The position numbers and the translations under genes were made by a program. The notes under the pieces are model-generated. The model had not been told where the DNA came from, did not search any database, and saw nothing but the letters and a program-made list of their open reading frames with translations. Source: a virus (Duplodnaviria; Caudoviricetes). Taken from it: DNA of 64,000 nt. The stretch covers positions 1,325-65,324 of the IMG/VR virus record IMGVR_UViG_3300036798_000504. One strand, 5' to 3'. Shown here piece after piece: positions 43,782 through 51,501 of this stretch (positions are counted from its first letter, which is position 1; every line of letters starts with the position of its first letter).

Positions 43782-45685
43782 GCGACGATCCTCTCGCTGA
43801 CGCCATCGCTGACGCGCCAAATCCTGACGCGCCGACTGCAAGCGCCGCGCCGCCGCCGGGCGGCGGGCCTCCTGGCGCGCCCGTCGGTCCTCGCGGTGGA
43901 CCTCTGCGCGGTCAGCGTCTCACGCCGCCGGCCCCAGGCCCCGGCGCGCCGGCGCCCGACCTCTCTTTCAGTGATGCGCTGGAGCAGGCGAAGCACAACC
44001 TGCTGCCGAGCGCGGCGAGCAATATCTCCAACACGATGCACGCGCTCGCCCCCTGGAACTGGGGCGAAGACCTGCAGGGTCTCGGCAACATCGGCATGGG
44101 GCTGGCGTCGAAGGCCGGGATCATCGACCAGGGCAACGCCGCCGCGCAGAAGCAGCATCAGGCAGGGGTCAACGCCATCGGCAAGATGTACGGTGACCGC
44201 TACGGTTCCTGGCAGGGTTTCAAGCGCACTCTCGCCAACGACCCGTTCGCCATCGGCTCCGACATCGCCAGCGTGGCCACGCTGCCGCTCGGCGGCGAGG
44301 GTCTGGTCTCCAAGATTCCCGACGCGACCGAGGCCATGCTGCTGGCCGGCGCCGGCGCGGCCAAGCAGGGCGCGGGCCTCAGCAACACCCTGCTCAACGC
44401 CGCGGTCCATGTCCCCGGTGCGATGCGCGCCGCGGGCAGTATCGCCAAGCCGGTCCTGCAGAGGGCGCGGTGGGCGGACCCGGCCTACGCCGCTTCGCAG
44501 GTCGCCGGAAAGACCGTCAACGTCGGCCGAAGGGTCGGCCAGATTCCGGTCGTCGGCCGCGCCGTCAAAGGCGCCATCGGGGCCGGCATCGGCCACACCG
44601 TCGGCGGCTTCCTTCCCTTCATCGGCCACACCGGCGGCACGATCATCGGCGAGCACGTCGCCGAGGGGATGCTGGGACCGGGCGGCCCGGGCTGGCTCAG
44701 CAGGGGCGTTAACGCTGGCGCGAAGACGCTGCCGGCGTGGTCGACGGTGGGCGGTGCGGAGCAGATGCCGCCCTCGGAGCAGGGCGCACCACCCGGCGGT
44801 GCGCCTGGACATGGCCCTGAAGGTGATGCGCCGCCTGGACCGGCGGCCGCGACTGGCCAGGGCGCCGGCACTGGCGACCCTCTCCTCGATGCGATCAACG
44901 ATTCCAGCCTTGGCGCTAGTGACGGCGGCGCTGCGCCGGCCGACGAATCCCCGACACCGTCGTCCGGCCTGCAGGGCGCGCCGTCAGCTACTCCGATGAG
45001 GGCGCCGCGCGGCGGCATGTTCACCGCCATCGCCAACTGGGCTCACGGGCTCGGCGCTGTCCCGGGTGAGGTCGCCACCCTGCTGCACATCGCCAAGACC
45101 GAAAGCAGCGGAAATCCAGGCGCCACGAGCCCGAGTGGCCGCTATCACGGCCTCTTCCAGTACCAGAACAGCGCCGGCCCCGAGGCGGACACCGCTCGCG
45201 CGCTGGGCGACATGCGCGCCAACTCGGCCAAGTTGGCCCGGTTGGGCGTCAACCCCGACACTGCTGCGCTCTACGTCATGCACCAGCAGGGCCCCGGCGG
45301 CGGCCCTGCGCTGCTGACGGCGCCCCCTGGCACAAACGCGGTGGATGCGCTGACGCCCGCCTACCACGGCAACCGGGCGCTGGCTCGGCAGGCCATCGCC
45401 CACAATATCGGGATCAAGGACGAGGCGCAGGCGAACGCCGCGGCCGAGAACATGACGGCGGCCGACTTCGTCAACCTCTGGCGCAAGAAGCTGGGTGGCG
45501 CGTCGTTCGCCGATGGCGGCCGGGTCGGCTACGCCGAGGGCGGCAACGTCATCGACATGACTGAAAAACTGATGCAGCGCGCAGAAGCCCATCACAAGGC
45601 GAGCCAGCAGGCCACCAAGCCCCTGCTCGGACTTTCCGATAGTACGGTGGCCCAGGCGCTCAAGGTCGCTCAGCGAGGCATCTGA
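43778..45685 (+). CDS. Ejection protein with a lytic transglycosylase (SLT-like) domain
   Basis: IAKTESSGNP (catalytic ES), GLFQY, LYVMHQQG motifs. Confidence 0.75.
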   Translation: MSDDPLADAIADAPNPDAPTASAAPPPGGGPPGAPVGPRGGPLRGQRLTPPAPGPGAPAPDLSFSDALEQAKHNLLPSAASNISNTMHALAPWNWGEDLQGLGNIGMGLASKAGIIDQGNAAAQKQHQAGVNAIGKMYGDRYGSWQGFKRTLANDPFAIGSDIASVATLPLGGEGLVSKIPDATEAMLLAGAGAAKQGAGLSNTLLNAAVHVPGAMRAAGSIAKPVLQRARWADPAYAASQVAGKTVNVGRRVGQIPVVGRAVKGAIGAGIGHTVGGFLPFIGHTGGTIIGEHVAEGMLGPGGPGWLSRGVNAGAKTLPAWSTVGGAEQMPPSEQGAPPGGAPGHGPEGDAPPGPAAATGQGAGTGDPLLDAINDSSLGASDGGAAPADESPTPSSGLQGAPSATPMRAPRGGMFTAIANWAHGLGAVPGEVATLLHIAKTESSGNPGATSPSGRYHGLFQYQNSAGPEADTARALGDMRANSAKLARLGVNPDTAALYVMHQQGPGGGPALLTAPPGTNAVDALTPAYHGNRALARQAIAHNIGIKDEAQANAAAENMTAADFVNLWRKKLGGASFADGGRVGYAEGGNVIDMTEKLMQRAEAHHKASQQATKPLLGLSDSTVAQALKVAQRGI

Positions 45686-46620
45686 TGGCCGATCCCGTCA
45701 CCGTCAACAAGTCGCTGGCGCAGCCCCCGAACGCCGCGGACCCGGGGGTGTGGGACCAGCCGATGAACAACAACGCCCACGCGCTCGACCAAGCGCTGGG
45801 CGGGCTCACGGTGCTCAACGCCCAAGGCCTCACCGGGGCCCAGGCGCTGACCCTGGCGCAGTACACCCCGGCCAACATCGTGGTCACCGGCGCGCCGGCC
45901 GGCCCGATCACCTACCAGTTGCCGGTGAACGTCGGCGGCTTCTACTTCATCGCCAACGCCTGCAGCGGCGCCAACAGCACGGTGAGCTTCGGCTCGGCCA
46001 GCGTCGCGGCGGTGGTGTCGATCCCGGCCGGCGTCGGCGCGGCGGTGGTCATCGACCCCGTCTACGGCGGCCGCAGGGCCGACAGTATCGCCGAGGAGGC
46101 GGCCGGCCCGGTCGGGGCGGTGCAGTACGCCGGCGCCGGCGGCTTCTTCGCGGGCGATGCCGGGCTGAGCTACGACCCGACGACCCAGCACTTGGCGGTC
46201 GGCGGGCCGCTCTCCGTCGGCGGCAACCTCACCCTGATCGGGCAGATGATCTCGCGGCTGATCGTCAACGGGGGCGGCGCCAACACGCGCTCCGTGGCGA
46301 TCCCCTTCGCCGGCACCGGCATGGCGATGGACTGCTCGCTCTCCAACGTCTTCACCAGCACCCTCACCGGCAACGTCACCGGCGCGGTGGCCATCAGCAA
46401 CATGGACGACGGGCAGACCATCAACTGGCGCCTGCAGCAGGACGGCACGCCCGGCGGCAGCGGCGGCAACCGCACCATGTCCTGGCCGAGCAACTTCGTC
46501 TGGCCGGGCGGTACGGCAGGCGTGCTCTCGACGCCTGCTGGCGCCGTCGATCTGCTGGTCGCCACGTTCTTCGCCAGCACCGGCACGTGGCTGGCCAGCC
46601 TGATCAAGGCGTTCGCTTAG
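45685..46620 (+). CDS. Tail protein
   Basis: GVWDQPMNNNAHALDQALGG N-terminus; GQTINWRLQQDG...RTMSWP C-terminal domain. Confidence 0.7.
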   Translation: MADPVTVNKSLAQPPNAADPGVWDQPMNNNAHALDQALGGLTVLNAQGLTGAQALTLAQYTPANIVVTGAPAGPITYQLPVNVGGFYFIANACSGANSTVSFGSASVAAVVSIPAGVGAAVVIDPVYGGRRADSIAEEAAGPVGAVQYAGAGGFFAGDAGLSYDPTTQHLAVGGPLSVGGNLTLIGQMISRLIVNGGGANTRSVAIPFAGTGMAMDCSLSNVFTSTLTGNVTGAVAISNMDDGQTINWRLQQDGTPGGSGGNRTMSWPSNFVWPGGTAGVLSTPAGAVDLLVATFFASTGTWLASLIKAFA

Positions 46621-47306
46621 TGACCTTCGCCGCCCGCACGCTGTTCGACAGTCCGGCTGGCAGCGGCGGCAGCGGCGGTGGTGGCCCACCTCCTACGACG
46701 TTCACGCCGGTCACCAACCAGTACACCGCCGCCGGCAGCTTCACCGAGACGATCCCGACGCCGCCCGCCGGCCAGCCGGGTCCGGCGCAGCTTGTGATCG
46801 AGCTTGGCGGGCCGGGCGGCGGCGGCTCGTTCTCGCCCTACATGACCCGCATCCCGCAGGGCGTCTCGGGCTCGGGCGGCAGTGGTGCGCTCTGCCGCTC
46901 GACCTTCCCGCTCACCAGCGCCGACTGGGGCAAGACCTTCCTGGTCACCATCTCGCCCGGCGCCGCGGGCGGCGATCCGAACGTCGACTTCAACGGCCGG
47001 GCGGCGATGACCTCGACGATCACCCAGGGCAGCTTCTCGACCCCGGTGAACATGAACGCCGGGGGCGGCATGGGCGGCACCTGGAACCCAGGCGCGGGCG
47101 GCCAGGGCGGCGTCGGCAGCGGCGGGCAGGTCAACCTCAACGGCAACGCCGGCCAGGGCAACACGCTCTACCCGACCCCCAGCCACGGCGGCGTCCCCAT
47201 CGTCGGCAACCTGATCAGCAGCGGCCGCGGCGGCGACGCCAGCATCGTGGCGGGCGGCAGCGGCTCGCCCGGCCTCACCGGCGGCGCGGCGTTCGGCTAC
47301 ACGTAA
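46620..47306 (+). CDS. Glycine-rich tail-fibre-associated protein
   Basis: GTG overlapping the upstream TAG; GPGGGGS, GSGGSGA, GGMGG, GQGGVGSGG repeats. Confidence 0.75.
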   Translation: MTFAARTLFDSPAGSGGSGGGGPPPTTFTPVTNQYTAAGSFTETIPTPPAGQPGPAQLVIELGGPGGGGSFSPYMTRIPQGVSGSGGSGALCRSTFPLTSADWGKTFLVTISPGAAGGDPNVDFNGRAAMTSTITQGSFSTPVNMNAGGGMGGTWNPGAGGQGGVGSGGQVNLNGNAGQGNTLYPTPSHGGVPIVGNLISSGRGGDASIVAGGSGSPGLTGGAAFGYT

Positions 47307-47394
47307 GGCGGTGGATAACGGCGAAGCTCGCTGGACAAGGCTACCGCCTATGGTACGCATACGCTCTCGCATCAAGTCAGAGGAGATATGCGAA

Positions 47395-47562
47395 GTGAGC
47401 GACACCGACACCCACGAGCACGAAGAGCCGAAGCCCGACGAGGAGATGGCCACCAGCGCCGAAGCCTCCGAAGCGGCCGAGATCGAGCACGAGGAGGCCG
47501 AGGAGGCCGAACCCGAGGAGGCCGAGGAGGCCGAGGAAGAGGAAGAAGAGCCCGAGGCCTGA
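47395..47562 (+). CDS. Extremely acidic 55-aa protein
   Basis: GTG 8 nt after SD AGGAGA; 28 of 55 residues are D/E, one Lys. Confidence 0.7.
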   Translation: MSDTDTHEHEEPKPDEEMATSAEASEAAEIEHEEAEEAEPEEAEEAEEEEEEPEA

Positions 47563-47617
47563 CACCATCCGTGGTGGGGACCATCATGCCCTGGAACCTC
47601 CAGGGGCATGCGAACTG

Positions 47618-47644
47618 GGCGGGCCTCACGGCCCGCCTTTTTTT
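47618..47644 (+). terminator. Rho-independent terminator at the end of the late operon
   Basis: GGCGGGCC-TCAC-GGCCCGCC-T7; a second hairpin at 47585-47610; convergent genes meet here. Confidence 0.85.
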
Positions 47645-47904
47645 CACTTCAGCAGTAGCCCCTCCAGGCGCAGCTTCAGCGCCTCCAGCGCGGCGCCGGC
47701 GAAGTGGCCGCCATGCGGCTCGCCCCGCTCCAGAGTGTCGAGCACCCGGTTGATGGCGGCGACGGTCATCTCGCAGCCGTAGTCCTGGCCGCGCCACCAC
47801 GCCGGGTGCGCGGCGTCGGTGCAGTCGAGGCCAGGATCGTCCGGCACTATCGTCACGGTGCGCTTGGGCCCGAACTCGTCGGGGCCGGTCTCGTAGTCGG
47901 TCAT
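47644..47904 (-). CDS. Hypothetical protein
   Basis: ATG 47904 overlapping the upstream stop; SD AAGGAG. Confidence 0.7.
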   Translation of the reverse strand: MTDYETGPDEFGPKRTVTIVPDDPGLDCTDAAHPAWWRGQDYGCEMTVAAINRVLDTLERGEPHGGHFAGAALEALKLRLEGLLLK

Positions 47905-48137
47905 CGCTGCTCCTTCGGCCACTGCTTTGGCGACACCATGCGCATCTCCAGCACCCGGCCGGCCGGGTCCAACACCGTCAGGCCGCCCACCAGCTTGGTC
48001 AGCTTGAAGCCTATCATCACGCGCAGGCACCTCGCGAAGCTCGCCCCGACGTACATGCGAGCCTCGGTGCCGCGCACGTAGAGCCGCCAGCCGTTGTAGT
48101 TCTCGCGGCCGTAGACGCGATGCCAGCCGTCACTCAC
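47901..48137 (-). CDS. Hypothetical protein
   Basis: GTG start; coupled ORF. Confidence 0.65.
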   Translation of the reverse strand: MSDGWHRVYGRENYNGWRLYVRGTEARMYVGASFARCLRVMIGFKLTKLVGGLTVLDPAGRVLEMRMVSPKQWPKEQR

Positions 48138-48291
48138 GGGGGTTCACGTGCGGCGGCTTGCCATCGATCTCGCGGTGCAGTTCCTCAAGGATCACCTCCA
48201 GCGCCCGCCAGCCGTTCGAATCGAGGTCAAGCCGCTCCTTCGCCCGGCCCAGCACCCGACTCAGCGTCGCCAGCGTGGTCAGGTCACTCAT
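48130..48291 (-). CDS. Hypothetical 53-aa protein MSDLTTLATLSRVLGRAKERLDLDSNGWRALEVILEELHREIDGKPPHVNPRE
   Basis: Fills the gap between neighbours with overlaps at both ends; not in the ORF track. Confidence 0.65.
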   Translation of the reverse strand: MSDLTTLATLSRVLGRAKERLDLDSNGWRALEVILEELHREIDGKPPHVNPRE

Positions 48292-48460
48292 GGCCGTCCG
48301 CGCCCTTGTAGCTGGCCGCCGACTCCGCGTCCTCGCGCGCCACCCGCGCCCAGTGGCGGCGGCGCATCCAGCGGCCGATCCCGTAGGCGACGATGAAGAT
48401 GGCGAACGCTACGAGGGCGCCTGCGACCTCGGCAAGCAGCGCGCCGTCGACCGCGCTCAT
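48284..48460 (-). CDS. 58-aa single-TM membrane protein
   Basis: LLAEVAGALVAFAIFIVAYGIG followed by basic RWMRRRH; ATGA coupled. Confidence 0.7.
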   Translation of the reverse strand: MSAVDGALLAEVAGALVAFAIFIVAYGIGRWMRRRHWARVAREDAESAASYKGADGHE

Positions 48461-48732
48461 CGGTGGTGGTGGCGTCGGTGGTGGACGTAGACCGGCTGCG
48501 GCCTGGGCGACGGCCGCAAGCGGACGGTGAGGTGGCCCGGGGAGTGCTGCCCAGGGGTCAGGTGGCGGACGTGGTGCGCATGCGGCTCGTCCTCGAAAGC
48601 CGGGTGCGGGTTCATGTCCATCGTAAGCTGGCAGTTCAGCGGGATGGCCACCGCTGCAGGAGGGGGCGGTTGGCCGGCCACCTGCCCGGTCAGCAACAGG
48701 TAGGCGGCGGCGACGATCACGGGGTCGGTCAT
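48457..48732 (-). CDS. His/Pro-rich protein with hydrophobic N-terminus (possibly exported)
   Basis: SD GGAGGAGG; PVIVAAAYLLLTG; C-terminus HHRRHHHR. Confidence 0.7.
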   Translation of the reverse strand: MTDPVIVAAAYLLLTGQVAGQPPPPAAVAIPLNCQLTMDMNPHPAFEDEPHAHHVRHLTPGQHSPGHLTVRLRPSPRPQPVYVHHRRHHHR

Positions 48733-48749
48733 GGGATTCTCCTCCTCCC

Positions 48750-48789
48750 AAAGCATAACCGGCCCGCCCTCGGTTGGAGAGCGGGCCGG
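48750..48789 (-). terminator. Terminator-like hairpin after the secreted-protein operon
   Basis: CCGGCCCGC...GCGGGCCGG stem followed by TTATGCTTT on the minus strand. Confidence 0.6.
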
Positions 48790-48801
48790 CCACTGCCGCC
48801 T

Positions 48802-49803
48802 TCAGTTCCGAGGCGACTTCGGGCCCTCTTCCGCAGGTGGGTTCGGAATCGGGGCCATCGTGCCCGGGGCCTGCTGCTGGGAGGCTTCAGGCGGCGGGGG
48901 CGGCGGCGGTGGAGCGGCGTAGAGGTACTGCGCAGGCGGCGGCGGGGGCGGCGGCGGCACGTAGGAGGACGGGCCCTGCGCGGCCTGCGGCGTCGGGCAC
49001 GGCCGGCCGACATCCTCGAAAGCCTGCCGCACGTCCTTGTCCTGGCAGAGGATCGCGCGCGCCGCCTCGCGGTCGCCGGTGAGGCTGGCGACCTCGCGGG
49101 CGTAGAGCCGGCGGTTGCAGTTGTGGTCCTCCCAGGTCGAGCCGATGGAGAGACCCCAGCCCATGCCCGAGCCCGACATGCTGGACGAGCCCATGCAGGT
49201 GTCGGTCAGGGTGGTGGTCAGCGCGGGCGCGTAGACGGTCGGGGCGCTCTTGATGTCGGCGGTGGTGTGGGTCGGCGTGGCCGGGCTGTTGAAGGTGATG
49301 TTCTGCGCGTTGGACGAGTTTGCCGCGCCGTTGGTGGCGTTGGCGTTGGACGAGCCGCCGTTGGAGGTCGAGGTGCCGCCCTGCGCCGACGAGGTCGAGG
49401 AGCCGCCCTGGCCGCCGGTGGCGACCGAGTGCGAGGCGGTGTTCGCCTCGGCGTTGGAGTGCGAGATCGAGGTGTCCGGCCCCACCGTGGTGGTCTGCGG
49501 CCCGACGGTCGTCGTCTGCGGGCCGACCGTGGTCTGCTGGCCGCCGTTGTTGGCGTTCGACGCCGAGCCCGACAGCGCACCCGAGGCCGAGTTGGAAGTC
49601 GAGGTCTGCGGGCCCACAGTCGTCGTCTGGGGGCCGTTGGAGTTGCCGCCGTTGGAGTTGTTGTTGCCCTGGCTCTGGGCCTGGAGTTGCCCCTGCTGGG
49701 CGTTCGACGCCGCGCCGGCGTCGGAGGTCGAGGTCTGCTGCGCGTAGGCAGAGCCCGCGACAAGGGCGAGCGCGAGCGCGCTCGTGGCGAGTAGTCGGTT
49801 CAT
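48802..49803 (-). CDS. Secreted N/Q/S/T-rich repeat protein with a C-terminal four-Cys domain
   Basis: Sec signal MNRLLATSALALALVAGSAYA; GPQTTTV-type repeats; APALTTTLTDTC...WEDHNCNRR...LCQD...GRPCP; Pro-rich tail. Confidence 0.85.
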   Translation of the reverse strand: MNRLLATSALALALVAGSAYAQQTSTSDAGAASNAQQGQLQAQSQGNNNSNGGNSNGPQTTTVGPQTSTSNSASGALSGSASNANNGGQQTTVGPQTTTVGPQTTTVGPDTSISHSNAEANTASHSVATGGQGGSSTSSAQGGTSTSNGGSSNANATNGAANSSNAQNITFNSPATPTHTTADIKSAPTVYAPALTTTLTDTCMGSSSMSGSGMGWGLSIGSTWEDHNCNRRLYAREVASLTGDREAARAILCQDKDVRQAFEDVGRPCPTPQAAQGPSSYVPPPPPPPPAQYLYAAPPPPPPPPEASQQQAPGTMAPIPNPPAEEGPKSPRN

Positions 49804-49834
49804 GTAGCCCCCACCTGGGTTAGCTGGTTCATGC

Positions 49835-49869
49835 GAAAGAGGGGGCGAGGTGTGCGGCCTCGCCCCCTC
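49835..49869 (-). terminator. Intercistronic 12-bp hairpin (weak terminator or mRNA stabiliser)
   Basis: GAGGGGGCGAGG/CCTCGCCCCCTC perfect stem followed by only TTTC on the minus strand. Confidence 0.65.
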
Positions 49870-49935
49870 CCATCAGGCTCCTTCAGGATCGCGCGGGGCT
49901 AACCGGGGGGTCGGCTGCGCGCTCCTGGGCCCCGA

Positions 49936-50280
49936 TTAGTGCGCGGCCGCGGCCGAGAAACCCGTGCCCGCCTGGAAGCTGAACGAAGAGGTCAGCGAGA
50001 GCGGCGCGGTCGAGCCGTTGGCGTTGGACGCCGACCCGTGGGTCGTCGAGTTGGCGTTGGTCGCCGAGAACACCGGGCCGAGCGCCAGAGCTTGCGCGTT
50101 GGCGTTGGAGGTGTTGTTCGACGTGCTGGCGCCGGCGCTGGTGCCGGTGCCGATCTGCACGGCGGCGCTGCCGCTGGCGACGGTCGAGGTCGCCACGGCG
50201 ACGGTGGCGGTGGCCGCAGCGGCCGCACCGGCGAAGCCGAGCAGCGCGACGGCGGCTGCCGCCGCAAAGAGATGCTTCAT
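49936..50280 (-). CDS. Secreted 114-aa A/S/T/N-rich protein with no D/E/K/R in the mature part
   Basis: Signal MKHLFAAAAAVALLGFAGAAAA; mature part has alternating beta-pattern residues; ATG 50280. Confidence 0.85.
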   Translation of the reverse strand: MKHLFAAAAAVALLGFAGAAAAATATVAVATSTVASGSAAVQIGTGTSAGASTSNNTSNANAQALALGPVFSATNANSTTHGSASNANGSTAPLSLTSSFSFQAGTGFSAAAAH

Positions 50281-50740
50281 GTTTGGGATATCCCTGATGC
50301 GAGCACGGTCGAAGAGGTCGTGCCCAGCCCCCACCAAGCGAACTTGGTGACGACTGTGTAGCAGCGCTTTATGACACTTGGCCAGCCGATTTCTGCCGCG
50401 GTTCCGCCTTTTTTTTTGACAGGTCCCGCAAGCCGGACTTGAGCGATCCGCTATGTCACAGGAGGAGAGATCGCGGCCAGGAGGTGATAGAGGGCAAACC
50501 CCCTGGCCGCTACTCGGTGGTGCGCCCTGCAGCTTCAGGGCTTGGGGGGCTTTAAGCAGCCGCAGGTCGAGCCGCGCCCCGAGCCCGCCATATATCGGCT
50601 TGCGTGTTCTGCAAGGCAAGGATCACTTTTGCGACAAGTGGTCAGGGGCCCGGCAGCCACGGAGGTTTAACGCGTCGGACAGGCCCCTGACCTGCCCGGC
50701 GCGCTGGGTTTGGGGCTTCCACCGCCGGGCGATGGTGAGC
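50281..50740 (-). ncRNA. Candidate structured ncRNA or leader (many hairpins)
   Basis: 460-bp gap with at least seven inverted repeats (see findings); no gene-like ORF. Confidence 0.35.
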
Positions 50741-51262
50741 TTACTTCGGCTCGGGCGTCGGCGCGATGGGGTGCGACGCCTCCAGGCTGGTGTCGACCAC
50801 TACCCAGTGCAGTTGGCCGGTGCCGAGCACCAGCACCAGCACCAGCACCTTGTCCTCGCCGGCGGCCGGCGGCAGCGGCGGCCACACCGCACCCGGCGGC
50901 AGTTCGATGGGATGCTCCGGGGTCTCGGGGTGGATCGGCACGCCCGGCCAGATGTCCGGCGGGATCGGATGGCCGATGGTCGGCGGGACCGGCGGGATCA
51001 CGATGGGGTGGCTCGGGCGGCCGACCACGCCGCCGCCCGGCAGGCCCTGGTCGGGGTAGCCGACGATGGGGTGGCTCGGCGAGCCCGGCAGGCCACCGCC
51101 GACCGGCGGCCAGATGCCGGGCGGGATCGGGTGGCTGACGCCCGGAGGCGGGCCGCCTGGGGCGATGGGGTGCGAGGGATAGCTCGGCATGCCGCCCCAG
51201 ATACCCGGGGGTTCGTCGTCGCGGCCGAGCGGGGTGATGCGGGCAAGGTAGGAGTCGGACAT
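50741..51262 (-). CDS. Pro-rich protein with repeated HPI motifs
   Basis: PSHPI, VSHPI, IGHPI, PEHPI, ASHPI repeats; hydrophobic KVLVLVLVLG near the C-terminus; SD GGAG. Confidence 0.8.
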   Translation of the reverse strand: MSDSYLARITPLGRDDEPPGIWGGMPSYPSHPIAPGGPPPGVSHPIPPGIWPPVGGGLPGSPSHPIVGYPDQGLPGGGVVGRPSHPIVIPPVPPTIGHPIPPDIWPGVPIHPETPEHPIELPPGAVWPPLPPAAGEDKVLVLVLVLGTGQLHWVVVDTSLEASHPIAPTPEPK

Positions 51263-51339
51263 GGTCAGGTGCTCTCCGGGGGGTATGGTGCGCCCCTCTG
51301 TAACCCACCTGCGTGACGGGAGCATCCTCGGAGCGCCCC

Positions 51340-51501
51340 ATGCCCACCATCATCTTCGCCATCCTCACCGTGCTCGGCTTCATCTTCTGGTTCCTGGCCA
51401 CGTGGCCGCAGCCGGTGCCGCCTTGGATGGAGCGCCTCGCGCGCGGCTTCTTCCTGGCCGCCGCCATCGTGTTCTTCTGGGGCGCGCTCACTGCCCGCTG
51501 A
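51340..51501 (+). CDS. 53-aa two-TM membrane protein (holin-like)
   Basis: MPTIIFAILTVLGFIFWFLATWP...GFFLAAAIVFFWGALTAR; lone plus-strand gene in a minus-strand block. Confidence 0.7.
   Translation: MPTIIFAILTVLGFIFWFLATWPQPVPPWMERLARGFFLAAAIVFFWGALTAR

Noticed and set aside
50409-50417. T9 run as a plus-strand terminator
   Set aside because: No convincing GC stem directly upstream, and no plus-strand gene ends there.
50492-50500. GGGCAAACC, as in the c-di-GMP-I riboswitch
   Set aside because: The following GAAA-capped P2 and GGGACGCAAAGCC are absent, and it is on the strand opposite the downstream genes.
50566-50580. Minus-strand GGGGCGCGGCTCGAC, reminiscent of a tmRNA 5' end
   Set aside because: No matching T-arm/CCA acceptor piece or tag reading frame found.
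50453-51316. 287-aa plus-strand ORF
   Set aside because: Crosses the hairpin-rich gap and is antisense to the HPI gene; its codon usage is not gene-like.
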